A stretch of DNA of 64,000 nt, taken from positions 13,654 to 77,653 of the forward strand of contig JAUCBJ010007408.1 of assembly GCA_032718475.1 (NCBI GenBank), given 5' to 3'. Shown piece after piece: positions 1 through 11,443 of the stretch. The stretch comes from Nemertoderma westbladi. Its lineage: Eukaryota; Animalia; Xenacoelomorpha. Position 1 is the first letter of the stretch. Every line of letters begins with the position of its first letter. Position numbers and translations under genes: made by a program. Below the pieces are notes generated by a model. The model saw only the letters and a list, made by a program, of their open reading frames with translations. It was not told the DNA's origin and searched no databases.

Positions 1-2
1 AT

Positions 3-3000
3 GTTGGGACCCTCCAGCAGATAATCGTTTAGGCATTTGCCGTTGGTTTTAGCCGATGCGTCAACTACCATCCGCAGTTTACCTTTCTTCGGGTCTAGAG
101 CCACGTGGAGTGGCAGGTAATAGGTCCTGTCCGTGTTTGGTTCGTCGACCGGTAACTCCACGGCCCATCCTTTCTCGACATACTTCCTGATTGTCTTATG
201 AATGTACTCATTCTTCTCGGGGCTCCATTTTAGCGTCTGCTTCAACTTACGAAGCCTCGTGAGTACCATTCCTTTATTGTCGGGTAGCGGTAGCTTCGGT
301 AGCTTCCATACCATCCCTATGGTATACCGCCCCTCATCGCATGTCATCGATTCCTTTACACTTTGTAAGGCCTGCTTGTCTTCTACCGAGGTTCCGACCC
401 CGGTCTCTTTTAATCCCTCAAAATCCTGTCTGAGCAGTCTCCTGAGCTGCTCCTCTGCTCCCTCATCTCCCATTTTTCGCATAGTTCCCGCGAACATGCA
501 TCCTGATGTCTCCGACATCATAAATGGTATTTTGCTCCTGATTGGGCCGCTCAGCGTCCACCCGAATGGTGTTAAGATCGCCACCGGGTCACACTGCCTG
601 TCTTCGCCGAAGACCGTTTGCATTCTCTCGTGGGCCGTCGGGCAGTCCATTCCTACTATAATGGATACCTTCCTAACGTCCACCTCTGGGATTGAGAAAT
701 CGATACTGTCCAGGAATCTATATTGTTCGACCTCGATGTTGGTTGGCCGCCTGGCGTTGATATTTATCGACTCTATCACCTGGATGGGGTCGATGGTCGC
801 CCCATAGTCGCATCCCGGTGCTATTGCTGCTATTGCGCACCATCCGGTCCTCATCTCCAGGACCTCATCTTTGCTGGAGATGGTTGTTACCGCCATTCTA
901 CTTGGCCTCGTTCTCAATCCTATCTCTTCGGCCACCCAATCCTCAACTAAGGTGAAGGCTGCACCACTATCGACCAGCATCAGTGTGGTTACTGATCGAT
1001 TGCCTTCCCCGATTATCCTTACTGGTACTACCCCTAATAGTACCGTTCCTCTCTTCCTCGCCACTACGGTGCTTGTTGCCATCGTCTGACCTTTACTTTG
1101 ACCGAACTTAATTGGCGTTTCCTTGCATTGGTTGGCTCTATGTCCGCTCATCACACATCGTGAACAGATTTCATTCCTTCTCGCGTATTCTACCTGATCT
1201 TCCCTGGGTAGCGCTTGCCAGTACCTGCAGTTCATGGTCTTATGAAGTGCATTTGTATGTAGTTGGCATTTGCTCTTTGGGTTGTAGCCATCCTTATAAA
1301 GTGCGTTGCATATCGCACTTATATTTGTACCAAAGTCCCTACTATTCTTATTGTTTGGGTTCGGCCTACTGGGCGTGCTGGGGTTATGTTTATTTGTGTT
1401 GTTATTTTTCCCCTGTCCGCTCCATGATGTGGTCTTACCCCCGGCTACTTGTGGACTGGCAGTCCCCTGCGTTGCTGCGTACGGCAGTGACTGTCTGAGC
1501 TTTGGCAATGCGTTCGACGCGTTGTGCTCTGGTTTCGGCCTGTGGTAATCGGTCTTTGGTCCCTTTCCCAGGCTATCCTCGCTATAGACTGGGTCCGTTA
1601 TTAGTTCAGCTTCATAGTTTAAGAAGCTCGACATCTCTTCTAAACCCGGTTCCGCACCCTTCCTATCTCGAGTGGAGAAAGCGATTTCTCTCCACTTATT
1701 GCGCAGCCAAATCGGTAGTGCCTGCGCTATCGTAGTGATGTTGTTAGACGCGTTGAGTTCGTATGGCGCATCCAGCGTCTTTAGTACGATTAGCGCCTTC
1801 TCGACTTTGTTAGCGAATGTCTTTATGCTAACGGGGTTATCCTGTAGGCCACCCGATGTTATACCTCTCAGGGTTTGCCGGATGATCTTGGCCGGGTGCC
1901 CGTACTCCCTGTCTAGTGCCCGCCATGCTGTCGTGAAGCCGCCCTCGATGCCCTGGTATTGCCTCACGATGTCGTATGCTGGGCCTCCTGTATACACTTG
2001 TAGATACTTTAGGCACTCCGCCTGTGTCAAATTCTTTGTTAATATTTCATTACTATACATGCGCCGAAACTGTAGGTATTCTTCCGGCCTACTTCCATCG
2101 AATTTGAATGGTTCCACGGGTGGTAACTCGATCCTGGTCTTTAATGCATCGATTAACGTGGCCATTCCCATCGCTTGCGCTTCCAATGGGTTCGACGGAT
2201 GCTGTATAGATTCTCCTGTTGGGTGCGGTCCCTTCGTCCTTATTGCTGCTTTCCTTTGGCTTGGATATATCATTGGGGGTAGCGGCCCCCTCCATATTTC
2301 GGTATCGCACGATCTATTCTCGTCCAAGGGGTTCGGTATTCTTGTTCCTATTGGGGTATATTGTTGATATTGTGATGGGGGAATGTCACCCTGTCCCCCC
2401 CCCCCCCCCACCGGTATGTTTGGTACTGGGGTTGATGTTAATATATTGGGGCCCATGCACCTATCCGCAATAATTCTCCCCTCCCCTGGGTATATGTTAT
2501 GTCCTTGCATGCTGTAGTCATACTGCTGTGCTGGTACCGGTATAGGCCTATCCACTTCTGGCCTACCTGCCGGTATGTACTCCGCGACTTCCGGGTTTAA
2601 TCCCGTCGTTCGCGCTATCCTATCGCCTACATTATCTCTCCCAGCATGGCCTATGGTATGTGCAGTAAGGCCTACAGTATGTCCTGCAGTCTGTATGTGT
2701 CGCTCGGGATCAAAGTTTAACCTTCTCGAATAATCCTCCCCGCGACTACCGTACTCTCGATCGGTAGGTATATCCCGTCGGGAAGTTTCTCTTCGACCCC
2801 CTCTACTGCTCTCGTCCTCATACCGGTACATCCCGTACCCCTCTCTCTGTGCGTAATACGCCTCGTCAGGTCGCGTTTCCCCGGGACGACGGCAATCTCC
2901 CAGAGCCCGACCCCACCGACTCTCCGTCTCCATCTCTACTACCGACGGCTCACTATCCGTCCTCGCCCTCCTGTCGTTCGCGACGACACTTCTTCTACTC

Positions 3001-3293
3001 TCTTCCCCTCTTCTCTCTGTAGTGCAGTATCCCCGGTCATGAGATCTCTCGTCGACCTCCCGGTTAAACTCCACTGTTCTTCTTCCCTCTTCTGATTGGG
3101 CTTGGCGTCTCGTCGCTCGCCCTCTCGCGACGTCAACCTGTCTCTCTCTGCTCGATCGCACGCCGCTGGGGATACTCGTAACCCCCCTACTATTCTCCAT
3201 CGCCGGGTGCTGCGGTTCACCTAATTCACCCCGCGCACTATCCGCCGACGCCTGTGGGACACTCTCTGCCCCCCCCCCCCCCCCCGCTCGCCG
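3..3293 (-). CDS. BEL/Pao Gag-Pol: DUF1759-like gag, Zn knuckles, aspartic protease, RT N-terminus (open to the window edge)
   Basis: Hand translation, all in one frame: KFDGSRPEEYLQF..CLKYLQVYTGGPA; CQLH..H...C and CSRCVMSGHRANQC; LVDSGAAFTLV (~965); YYLPLHVA..KLRMVVDAS..CLNDYLLEGPN. Absent from the ORF track, consistent with no in-window stop. Confidence 0.9.
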
Positions 3294-5440
3294 CTAATCC
3301 CTCATTGTGGGGCTCCTGTAGCCCCCCCCCCCACTCGCCACCTATTACTTCACTATCTCTCACTTCACCTCCAAACCCCTCTCTAGTCGACACACTAACC
3401 CTACCGCGGCTGGGTCTATTCACCCCCGCCTCTCTCTCTGCTACTGTGTGGCCTACCAGGCCTTCCACTTCCTGCCTACTAACTGCGTGGCCTACCAGGC
3501 CCCCATCGGGTTGACTCAACCCCGCCACCTCCTGCCTACTAACTACGTGGCCTACCAGGCCCTCACTGGGTTGACTCAACCCCGCCACTTCCTGCCTACT
3601 AACTACGTGGCCTACCAGGCCCTCGTTTACCGGGCTATGCACGTCCGCCACGCTCATATTAATAGCACCACTGCCAGTATTGTCTGTTAAATCAATCAAA
3701 TCCTCCAAATCAATTAAATTATTTTGCACGCCTAAATTAGAAACGGGGTTATTTTGTTCGTTCGAAATAAGATTATTTGAATTATTTTGCGCATTTATAT
3801 TATTTGAATTATTTTGTAAATTTAGATTTAAATTATTTGAATTAGGATTATTCGGATTATTTAAATTAGTATTATTATTTGAATTATTTGTATTTAAATT
3901 TAAATTACTACTACTAGGTAAAATATTTCCTGCAATAAAGGTTTGGTTAGAATTATCCAATACGGTACTATTAATATTAACGTCCTCTACTCTATTATTA
4001 TTATTACCCCCCCCCCCCCCCCCCCGCCCGTACGGTCACACCAGTCTTGGGTCTGTCGTGCGGTCCCTGTAAGTGGGGCATTAATAAACGTTTTCCTAAC
4101 TCCCGGCTCCTCGTAAATACTCGAGCCAGCCTCGCTCTCTGATAGCCCCATCTGCGCCAGTTCCAGTCGGCGCTTCTGTTTGGCTTGATATTGAATAAGC
4201 CCCCTTAGGCGGGCATGCAAATCATCCCGCACACGCTTCCCCGTTGCCTCTCTCTCCAGATCCTCCCGCGCACTCTGATCGGCTAATTCCGCCTCTCTCG
4301 CAACCCTCTTGAGTCGTCTCGCCTCGCGCTCCCTTCGCTCACCTTCCGCCCTCGCCTCGCGCTCTTTACGTTCACTCTGCTCTCTCGCACGTTCACTCTG
4401 CTCTCTCGCCTCACGCTCTTCTCGTCTATTCTGCTCTCTCGCCTCACTCGCCGCCTCGCGCTCTTCTTGCTCCTTCCTTTCTATCCTCCCTATTTCCTCG
4501 CACTCCTTAAAGCTTCTTGCGACCTTCTCGGCCCTCTCTCTGTTCTCTCTAACCAGTTCTTTCTCCTTCTCTAATAACGCACTCCCTTCCTCTAACTGTC
4601 TCTCTAATTCTCTCTGGTCTAGCGCCGCCAGATCGAGCTGGCACGCCAGATCTATTTCCCTCACCCGTCTTTCTTTTGCGGAGGATGTAGCAGACTTATC
4701 GGCCGCGACGGACTCCCGTCGTCTTCCCGTCCTACTAACTTTCCCCCGCCTCCCGGAATTTTCTCCGACCGACGAGACCGAATCCTCGGGGTTAACCTCG
4801 GATTCGCTCTCCTGCGGTCTCCTCCAACCCACCAATTTTCTCCCCGGCCATCGACTAAGTATGGCCCTACGTACACTACGCTAGGTTCCATACCCTTACA
4901 TTCCCATAGTTCAAACAGTTCACTGGCAACCCCTCTCGCTCTCTCGTCGGCTAGTTCTGCCTGCCCAAAGCGCACTAAGTAATCAAAATGTTTGTTCGAC
5001 TCACCTAGCCGCTTCTTTAACTTCACCTCGTCTATCTTCGCCCCTCCTTTGGCTTCTCTTAGCTGCTTCCGGGTCGCGGCGTAGGCTCATTGGAGCCGGT
5101 TGCTGACCCCGACGTCCTCATCGCCGACGTCTCCTCTATCCCTCCGTGTCCGGCGTCGTACCGGCGGCCCCACCGTCGCCGTTCCGGTGGGCCGTCCGTC
5201 GCCCTCGGCCTGTGGCTGGCCGGCGACTTCGGCACGTCGACCGCCGCTCTGTGTCGACTCGTCTCTCCCTTCTCTCGACTCGTCTTCTCGTTGTAGATGG
5301 CCCCCCTCCTCTTGGATTGCCGGAGTGCCTGTGGTCGACGAACCCGGCGTCGTGGGTCGGTACCGTCGCGTCGCGGCCTCGCGGATCGTTAGGTCGCCGT
5401 CCGGGGTCCGCGGCGGTGTCGTTTCTCCTCCTCGATTCAT
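3238..5440 (-). pseudogene. N-terminal extension of BEL-A Gag (coiled coil, Asn-rich, repeats), interrupted
   Basis: ORFs 5087-5440, 4661-5026, 3987-4835 and 3238-3960 join across one TGA, one frameshift and poly-C runs (~3269-3285, ~4007-4026); homologous to 41675-42775. Confidence 0.7.
3446..3625. repeat. 60-bp tandem repeat x3 in gag
   Basis: gtggcctaccaggcc...cttcctgcctactaact repeated at 60-bp period; encodes EGLVGHVVSRQEVAGLSQPS. Confidence 0.9.
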
Positions 5441-5494
5441 CTTTTCTCTGGCTGACTAGTCAGTTTCTAGCGGGCAACAGTTGGCTCTTATCAC

Positions 5495-6256
5495 TGTGAC
5501 GGGATCCACCGAGGATCCCGGTTTATCCGGTTTCTTATCTACGCGTCCCCGCCGTGTGTGTGTAAAAGAGTTCTGATATTGTTGACTGATCGTTGATAGT
5601 ATAAATACAAGGGTATAATATAGAATCAGAATAAGATATAACACAGTTGATTGTAAAGTGAAGTGTACCGGTAAAATGGATTAATATGGTGGTGGCAGTA
5701 GACGGAGATGGTGATAAGAGTTTTGGTACTGCTCTAACTAACTGACTTACTAAAGTGAATGAAATTGGAACAACCACCGGTAATATATTGCACTGGTTGG
5801 CCGTGTTACATTACTCAGTGGATGCCTTCCCCCATTGGCTAATAACTAATTTCTCACCCTCCCATCTCTCTGGGAGTGTTTCCCCCTGCTGCTATCACTC
5901 TCTCCCTCCCGGAGGTGTAACCTCTGACCCCCACTGTGTGTTCCCTTTGGGGCTTGTCGCCCCGTTTTATTGGGGTGACACGAGGTTGATTGGTAATCAA
6001 CCTCGTGCTCCCAATATTGCTTAAAGCTAACTTTGTGTGGGCCTGGTTAGCGGAATTGAATACGCTAACATACAGTATATTTTTAAACAGATATTTAATA
6101 TCTGTTGTGCATTATTTGCTATATACTGTGCCCGAGATGTCTCCTTGCATCCAAATAATATAATAATTAGGCAATAAATAATCTGGTTTGACGTCGTCTT
6201 TTGTTTCTCCGGCAGGTGGGAGTATAGGGACGACACCTGTTACGCAGCACGTGACA
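5495..6256 (-). repeat. 5' LTR of BEL-A
   Basis: On minus strand begins TGTCACG and ends CCCGTCACA; blocks match 41060-41588 and 45113-45648 (gcaatattggg, gatcccgtcaca). Confidence 0.7.
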
Positions 6257-6683
6257 TAAACTTATGTCAACTCGAAATAATTATATGCAGATGTCCCCAA
6301 TCTCTTTTACCCCCTTGTGGCAGACTGTGTTACTGCAGCCGGTTTAAAACCTTACAAAAACACACATGTGGTCTAGAATATACAGTATGTGGCCGCCAGA
6401 GGTACTGTACTGTATCAATTAGAAATAAATGGCTGATAGGTAGTTTTCATTTCAGAATTTTTCGAAATAATCATTTCAGCCCTCTAGCGGTAGATTGGAG
6501 AACTGCAGTTGTATTAGCATAACACCATAATGGTTAGTGCATACTGTATATGCCAGATTCAGATGAAACGGATTAAAATCACAGAAATGGCAGAAAGTAG
6601 GCCTACCACTTTCAGACAATTTATCTAGTGGCGGACTGGAGAACTGCATCTCGACCACCTCCCTCACAAAAACGGAACATGTG

Positions 6684-6811
6684 AGTAGTAGATAAAGCAT
6701 GGCCCTCGCAGAAGTCCTCCCTAAGCCTGGGCTATGCACATTTCGTTCGGAGGCAATTAAAAAATACCAAATTCTGGTGCTAAATTGCGACGCGGGCCAC
6801 ATCTGTCACCA
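6684..6811 (+). repeat. Polinton left TIR
   Basis: agtagtagataaagcat...atctgtcacca is the reverse complement of 26236-26363 with 2 mismatches. Confidence 0.97.
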
Positions 6812-7354
6812 AACCAATCAATCCAACCAACCAAGCAGCCTGCCTACCAGTCCAATCCAACGCTATTATGATACGTGTTGAAATTCCGCCACGTTCCAGC
6901 TACACGTATACGAATATTTCCATAGTTATTTCCTATCCACGCAACCAACCACTGTATACTGTATATGCTGACAACGTGGCCACCAACTACACGCATCATG
7001 CATATATTATATTATATTGATTGCCAACTCCACGACTGCTGTCGCCAAATCAACAAACCAACTAGTATGATACATGAGATTCCGTCACGTTCTAGCTACG
7101 CGTATACGAGTATTAGTGATCATTATTACGCAATAATTTTTTTTGTTTATACAGTAGTTCCCTACCAGCTAATCAACCAATCAATAAACCGAATTTAGGC
7201 TATTTCTCAGTTTAAGACCTGTATTATTTTTGAAAATATCTTATATATATAATCTCTTGCTTTAATCGCAATTAATCATTTGTAATGGTTTTAGTTTAAA
7301 AGTTTTTACTTTGTTTGTTTGATTTACAATAAAATAAAGTAATAAAGTAAAATA

Positions 7355-7801
7355 ATGTCTTCTGATTCCGATATGGTTATGCCAATGGTAAGGCATTCAT
7401 TTTTTGCAGAAGATGGTCAAGCCTATATTGTTATTGATTATACAATTTACCGTCAGGGAGATGATAAATATAAAATTGAGTTTTCTGAAAAAGCCAGGAA
7501 AGTTTTAAGCTCAATTGATATTGATGCTTCTGATAATAGTGTTCATCTTTTAGATTACAACCTGAAAGCTGAGCATGGGGGAGGAAAATTAAGCAACATT
7601 TTACTATTATCCATGATAGAGGGGTTTATTGTTATTACACAATACAACGAAGCTGGTGAAAAGTTTGAAATACGGCTAAATCGGCATAGCCCCTACGAAA
7701 TTATGTCTTTCTTTATTGTAATGATTTCAAAAGAATCCTTTGTCGAACCTGAAGAATCAACGGATAATGTTGAATATGTTGATAATATCATTGATTCTTG
7801 A
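7355..7801 (+). CDS. Polinton hypothetical protein, 148 aa
   Basis: Open ORF in AT-rich DNA with aataATG start context and an upstream TATATATA; no recognised motif. Confidence 0.65.
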   Translation: MSSDSDMVMPMVRHSFFAEDGQAYIVIDYTIYRQGDDKYKIEFSEKARKVLSSIDIDASDNSVHLLDYNLKAEHGGGKLSNILLLSMIEGFIVITQYNEAGEKFEIRLNRHSPYEIMSFFIVMISKESFVEPEESTDNVEYVDNIIDS

Positions 7802-7970
7802 CTTTTCCCCCTATATTATAAATATTTTATGATTATATATAAAATTTTGTTGTTTTTAAATAATCGAAAATTGTAGTAGTATTTGTATATACAGTATAAC
7901 AGTTTTGTTTGTTGTTGTTGTTGTTGTGTATTGTGGTAATTATTTTCAAATTTACTTTAAAATTTGGAAA

Positions 7971-8423
7971 ATGGATATTTTAAATGAAAAATGTCCAGTT
8001 TGCTATTCTAAGTTATTGCAACAACATCGGGATTATTATAAGTGTGAAAATAAACATGCAACTTGCGTACAATGTATTGCACAATATTCAGAAATGAATA
8101 ATTATTGTTCTAAAATTTGTCCTATTTGTCGCGCACCCATATCTAAGTTTAATATAAAGTTGGCAAGATACCAACCCTATTATTGGAAAGAGCTTCGCAA
8201 TATAACTTATATTTCTGCGAAAAGTAATGATCCGGGAGATTTATTTACAATATTGGAGAATATTTTTTATAGAAACGTAGTACGACGCTGTTGCTACTAT
8301 ATTCCTTATTTTTTTAGCAGCGAACATAAAAAAATCATTAGCGCGAAATTTTCGGGAAGTGATTTCCAATCCGCCGATATTACCTATCATTATTTCGCAT
8401 ATAAAGATGCTCACCATGCTTGA
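7971..8423 (+). CDS. RING-finger (C3HC4) protein, putative E3 ligase
   Basis: CPVC..CENKHATCVQC..CPICR; ATG at 7971 preferred over the upstream TTG. Confidence 0.8.
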   Translation: MDILNEKCPVCYSKLLQQHRDYYKCENKHATCVQCIAQYSEMNNYCSKICPICRAPISKFNIKLARYQPYYWKELRNITYISAKSNDPGDLFTILENIFYRNVVRRCCYYIPYFFSSEHKKIISAKFSGSDFQSADITYHYFAYKDAHHA

Positions 8424-8636
8424 AATTACATCAGTCTATACTATAATTGGAAATAGCACCTTTTGCTGCAGCGAGCGTCACATACTGTAGTGGCGTCGTA
8501 TGTTAATTAAATATACAGTACTCTAATATTGTAGTTGCATCAATTATTGTTATATACATAGTAATGGTGTTGGTTTATTGATATTGATATTGATATTATA
8601 TTATATTGTATTGTTGATATATCTTAATAATAATAA

Positions 8637-9317
8637 ATGGCTGACTTTAATTCAGGTCCATATAATTTAAACTTTCAAATGGGTACAAGTATGATAATTT
8701 CAGGGCCATCTGGTTCCGGAAAGTCTACATTTGTTGGCAATTTAATTAAACACAAGAATGGTTGTTTCAACGAAGCCCCCTTGCGAGTATTGTATTGTTA
8801 CGGGAGCAATCCCCCGACTATTCCTGGTATTACTCACCTTTACAAAGGCTTGCCTGAAAATATAGATAGTTTAGTGAATAGTCGAGATTTATTAATTATA
8901 GATGATTTGTTAACAGAAACTGAGTCCAGTACAGCTTTAACTGTATTGTTTACTAAGGTAGCTCATCATTCCAATATATTTATTTGTTTTATAACGCAAA
9001 ACATGTTTTACGGTGGGAAGCATAACCGCACAAGATCAATTAATAGCCATACTTTAGTATTAATGAAAAATCCGAGAGACAGTCTATCGGTTTTAAATTT
9101 CGCGAAGCAGATGTTACCAGGGCAGACCAAATTTTTAGTTGATTCCTATCAAGATGCGACAATTGAACCATTTTCACATTTCTTAATTGATTTACGACAG
9201 GAAACACCCGAACATTTAAGATTTAGATCTGATATATTTCGTAATCATAATTGTTACATTAAAAATTACACTGACTATAAACGTAGCGAAAATAATAATA
9301 ATAATAATGATAAATAA
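8637..9317 (+). CDS. Polinton genome-packaging ATPase (A32/FtsK-HerA family)
   Basis: Walker A GPSGSGKS, Walker B LLIIDD, ITQNMF, RSINSH..VLMKNPRD. Confidence 0.95.
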   Translation: MADFNSGPYNLNFQMGTSMIISGPSGSGKSTFVGNLIKHKNGCFNEAPLRVLYCYGSNPPTIPGITHLYKGLPENIDSLVNSRDLLIIDDLLTETESSTALTVLFTKVAHHSNIFICFITQNMFYGGKHNRTRSINSHTLVLMKNPRDSLSVLNFAKQMLPGQTKFLVDSYQDATIEPFSHFLIDLRQETPEHLRFRSDIFRNHNCYIKNYTDYKRSENNNNNNDK

Positions 9318-9354
9318 TTAATATTTTGTAACAATTTTCAATAATGTTGCAACA

Positions 9355-9738
9355 ATGAATATACTTGTGCAGAAATATCGTAACGAACTGGAATTTCTAT
9401 GCAGCGCTACCCCTCAACAAAGAACTTATTTTATTAACCATACCGCCAGTAACGAATTAATACGACTCATTGTAAATACTGCATTAAATGTTCTAAAAGG
9501 TAATGTACAATTGACCCCTCATTCATTTAGAAATATTCGCCGCTATAAGAAGGTATTGAAATCACTCAACCGTAAAACAAAAAATATATCAAGTTACAGA
9601 AAAAAGTTAAGCAATCAATCTGGAGGCATACTACCGTTTCTAATACCCTTACTCGGCATTGGTGCGAAACTTGCCGCGAGTGCCGGTGCCGCTGCCGCGG
9701 GGGCTGCTATTGCGAAAAAAATTAACCGTGGACGGTAG
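9355..9738 (+). CDS. Polinton virion core / membrane-active protein
   Basis: Basic N-terminus, then QSGG/ILPFLIPLLGIGAKLAA (cleavage-like site plus hydrophobic helix); lies after the ATPase. Confidence 0.7.
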   Translation: MNILVQKYRNELEFLCSATPQQRTYFINHTASNELIRLIVNTALNVLKGNVQLTPHSFRNIRRYKKVLKSLNRKTKNISSYRKKLSNQSGGILPFLIPLLGIGAKLAASAGAAAAGAAIAKKINRGR

Positions 9739-9744
9739 GTAATA

Positions 9745-9900
9745 ATGGTTAAAACGGGAGTAACATTTAGAAAATTATATTTAGTATCGAGTAAACCGTT
9801 AGCTACTGATTTAAAACCACAAGATATACCTAGAGTAAATACTACAAAAAGAAAACCCTTTAAAACATCAACTTCGAAGAAAATAATTAAAAAATTTTAG
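9745..9900 (+). CDS. Small basic ORF, 51 aa (MVKTGVTFRKLYLVSS...), possibly a truncated pre-integrase Polinton gene
   Basis: aataATG context, 52 codons to TAG; RKLYLV resembles the N-terminus of the Maverick gene that usually precedes integrase. Confidence 0.45.
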   Translation: MVKTGVTFRKLYLVSSKPLATDLKPQDIPRVNTTKRKPFKTSTSKKIIKKF

Positions 9901-9966
9901 TTGTTCTTACGGTGATGCCCTTTATAAGAGATTTGAATATACATATTACTTGCGGTTATCGAAAAG

Positions 9967-11058
9967 ATGCCTCGCAAGATGAAACCGATTTTAAGCCGAA
10001 GCTTAGACAAAAAACTGTTAAGAATTTATTTAGATCCTTCATCCCCTGCGGGATTTGCAAGTGTTGCAAAATTAGCAAAAGCTGCAAACATCAAACCGGC
10101 GCAAGCCCAGAAATGGTTGAGCGGACAAAAGACATACACCCTTCACGCTCCACGTAGACAACATTATCCAACATCTAAAATATTTACGGGAGGCATAAAA
10201 GATATATATATGATAGATCTGGTGGATATGCAGCAATATAAATCGCAAAATAATAATTATAACTATATATTAACGTGCATTGATGCCTTCAGTCGGCTTG
10301 CTTTTGCCTATGGTATGAAAACAAAAAAGGGTATTGAAATTATTAGTATATTGCAAAAAATATTCCAGAAAGGAAAACCAAACAGAATCGCCACGGATCA
10401 AGGTTCTGAGTTTCTAAATAAATCTGTAAGGAAATATTTAGATACGTTAGGTATACAGTATTACGTAATGTATTCTGTGAATAAGGCGGCTATTGTCGAG
10501 AGATTCAACAGAACCTTAAAAACAAAGATGCTCAAAATTTTCAAGCAAAGGGGAAATAATATTTGGATAAAAATTTTACCTAAGCTTATCTCGGCTTATA
10601 ATAGGTCGTATCATAGGACAATAAAAATGACGCCTATTGAAGTTAATAAATTTAATGAAACTGAATTAATGAATAGATTATATGGGAAATATAGACAGAT
10701 AAATCACAAGAAAATAAAATTTAAAGTTGGAGATACAGTACGATTATCTATCGCTCGTACTGCTTTTGCTAAAGGCTATCGAGAACAATGGACACGTGAA
10801 TTATTTATTATTCATCGGGTCAGGTTGGATAGAGTACCAGCGGTAATGTTCGATATTAAGGACAGCACCGGAGCTATAATAAAGGGCTCATTTTATTCTC
10901 ACGAACTCCAAAAGGTTCACCCGAATAGTAATATTTATCTAGCAATTGACAAAAAAAATATTGGCAAACTTAAAGAACGTGTACGCAATGGGAAGAAAGA
11001 ATATTTAGTCCGATTCATCGGATCCAAGAAACAGTCCTGGGTACAGCATATTCAATAA
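9967..11058 (+). CDS. Polinton retroviral-type (RVE) integrase with C-terminal chromo-like segment
   Basis: IDLVDM, CIDAFSR, TDQGSEF, VERFNRTLK, YNRSYHRTIKMTP, FKVGDTVR, KEYLVRF..SWV. Confidence 0.97.
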   Translation: MPRKMKPILSRSLDKKLLRIYLDPSSPAGFASVAKLAKAANIKPAQAQKWLSGQKTYTLHAPRRQHYPTSKIFTGGIKDIYMIDLVDMQQYKSQNNNYNYILTCIDAFSRLAFAYGMKTKKGIEIISILQKIFQKGKPNRIATDQGSEFLNKSVRKYLDTLGIQYYVMYSVNKAAIVERFNRTLKTKMLKIFKQRGNNIWIKILPKLISAYNRSYHRTIKMTPIEVNKFNETELMNRLYGKYRQINHKKIKFKVGDTVRLSIARTAFAKGYREQWTRELFIIHRVRLDRVPAVMFDIKDSTGAIIKGSFYSHELQKVHPNSNIYLAIDKKNIGKLKERVRNGKKEYLVRFIGSKKQSWVQHIQ

Positions 11059-11145
11059 GCTTAGGTTTATACTGTATATTAATTCATTTTGGTCGCATAT
11101 GACCGTAATTAATCAATAATATTAACTCGAATGATATTACTATAT

Positions 11146-11367
11146 CTATAGTTCATCCGCTTTAAATAAAGCCAGTAAAATATGATACATAATAAATATT
11201 GTCATCAATGTAAAACGATTAATCATAAATATAAAAGAAGTAGATCGTACCAACAACGTCATAATGTAACCAACTGCAATAGCATAAACTCCATCTCCAC
11301 AAATAAGCCAGTAAAATATTGATCCCACGCATATACTGTAGAAGATGCTGGCAATGAACGTGGTCAC
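11146..11367 (-). CDS. Small hydrophobic putative membrane protein
   Basis: 73 aa, almost all hydrophobic with about 3 TM-like segments; GTG start; fills the integrase-penton gap. Confidence 0.4.
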   Translation of the reverse strand: MTTFIASIFYSICVGSIFYWLICGDGVYAIAVGYIMTLLVRSTSFIFMINRFTLMTIFIMYHILLALFKADEL

Positions 11368-11443
11368 AGATGTCTATAATTTAACATTATACTGTATGTA
11401 CAAAGGAGTCAAGTAGAGAGAGCGAGCTTAAATAATAATAATA

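Larger units (their letters stand above)
1..6256 (-). mobile_element. BEL/Pao LTR retrotransposon A (5' LTR, gag, protease, start of RT; continues past the left edge)
   Basis: Minus-strand gag-pro-RT motifs of BEL type, bounded upstream by a TG...CA LTR at 5495-6256 that is homologous to the LTRs of element A2. Confidence 0.9.

Noticed and set aside
202-2367. Long + strand ORFs (202-807, 1672-2367 and others)
   Set aside because: Antisense shadows of the minus-strand BEL gag-pol frame
3269-4026. Poly-C/G runs as programmed slippage sites
   Set aside because: Similar runs occur throughout non-coding DNA here; mutation or sequencing error is sufficient
6476-6881. ORFs crossing the Polinton TIRs (also 26245-26520)
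   Set aside because: Their mutual similarity comes only from the TIR, and they run into flanking DNA
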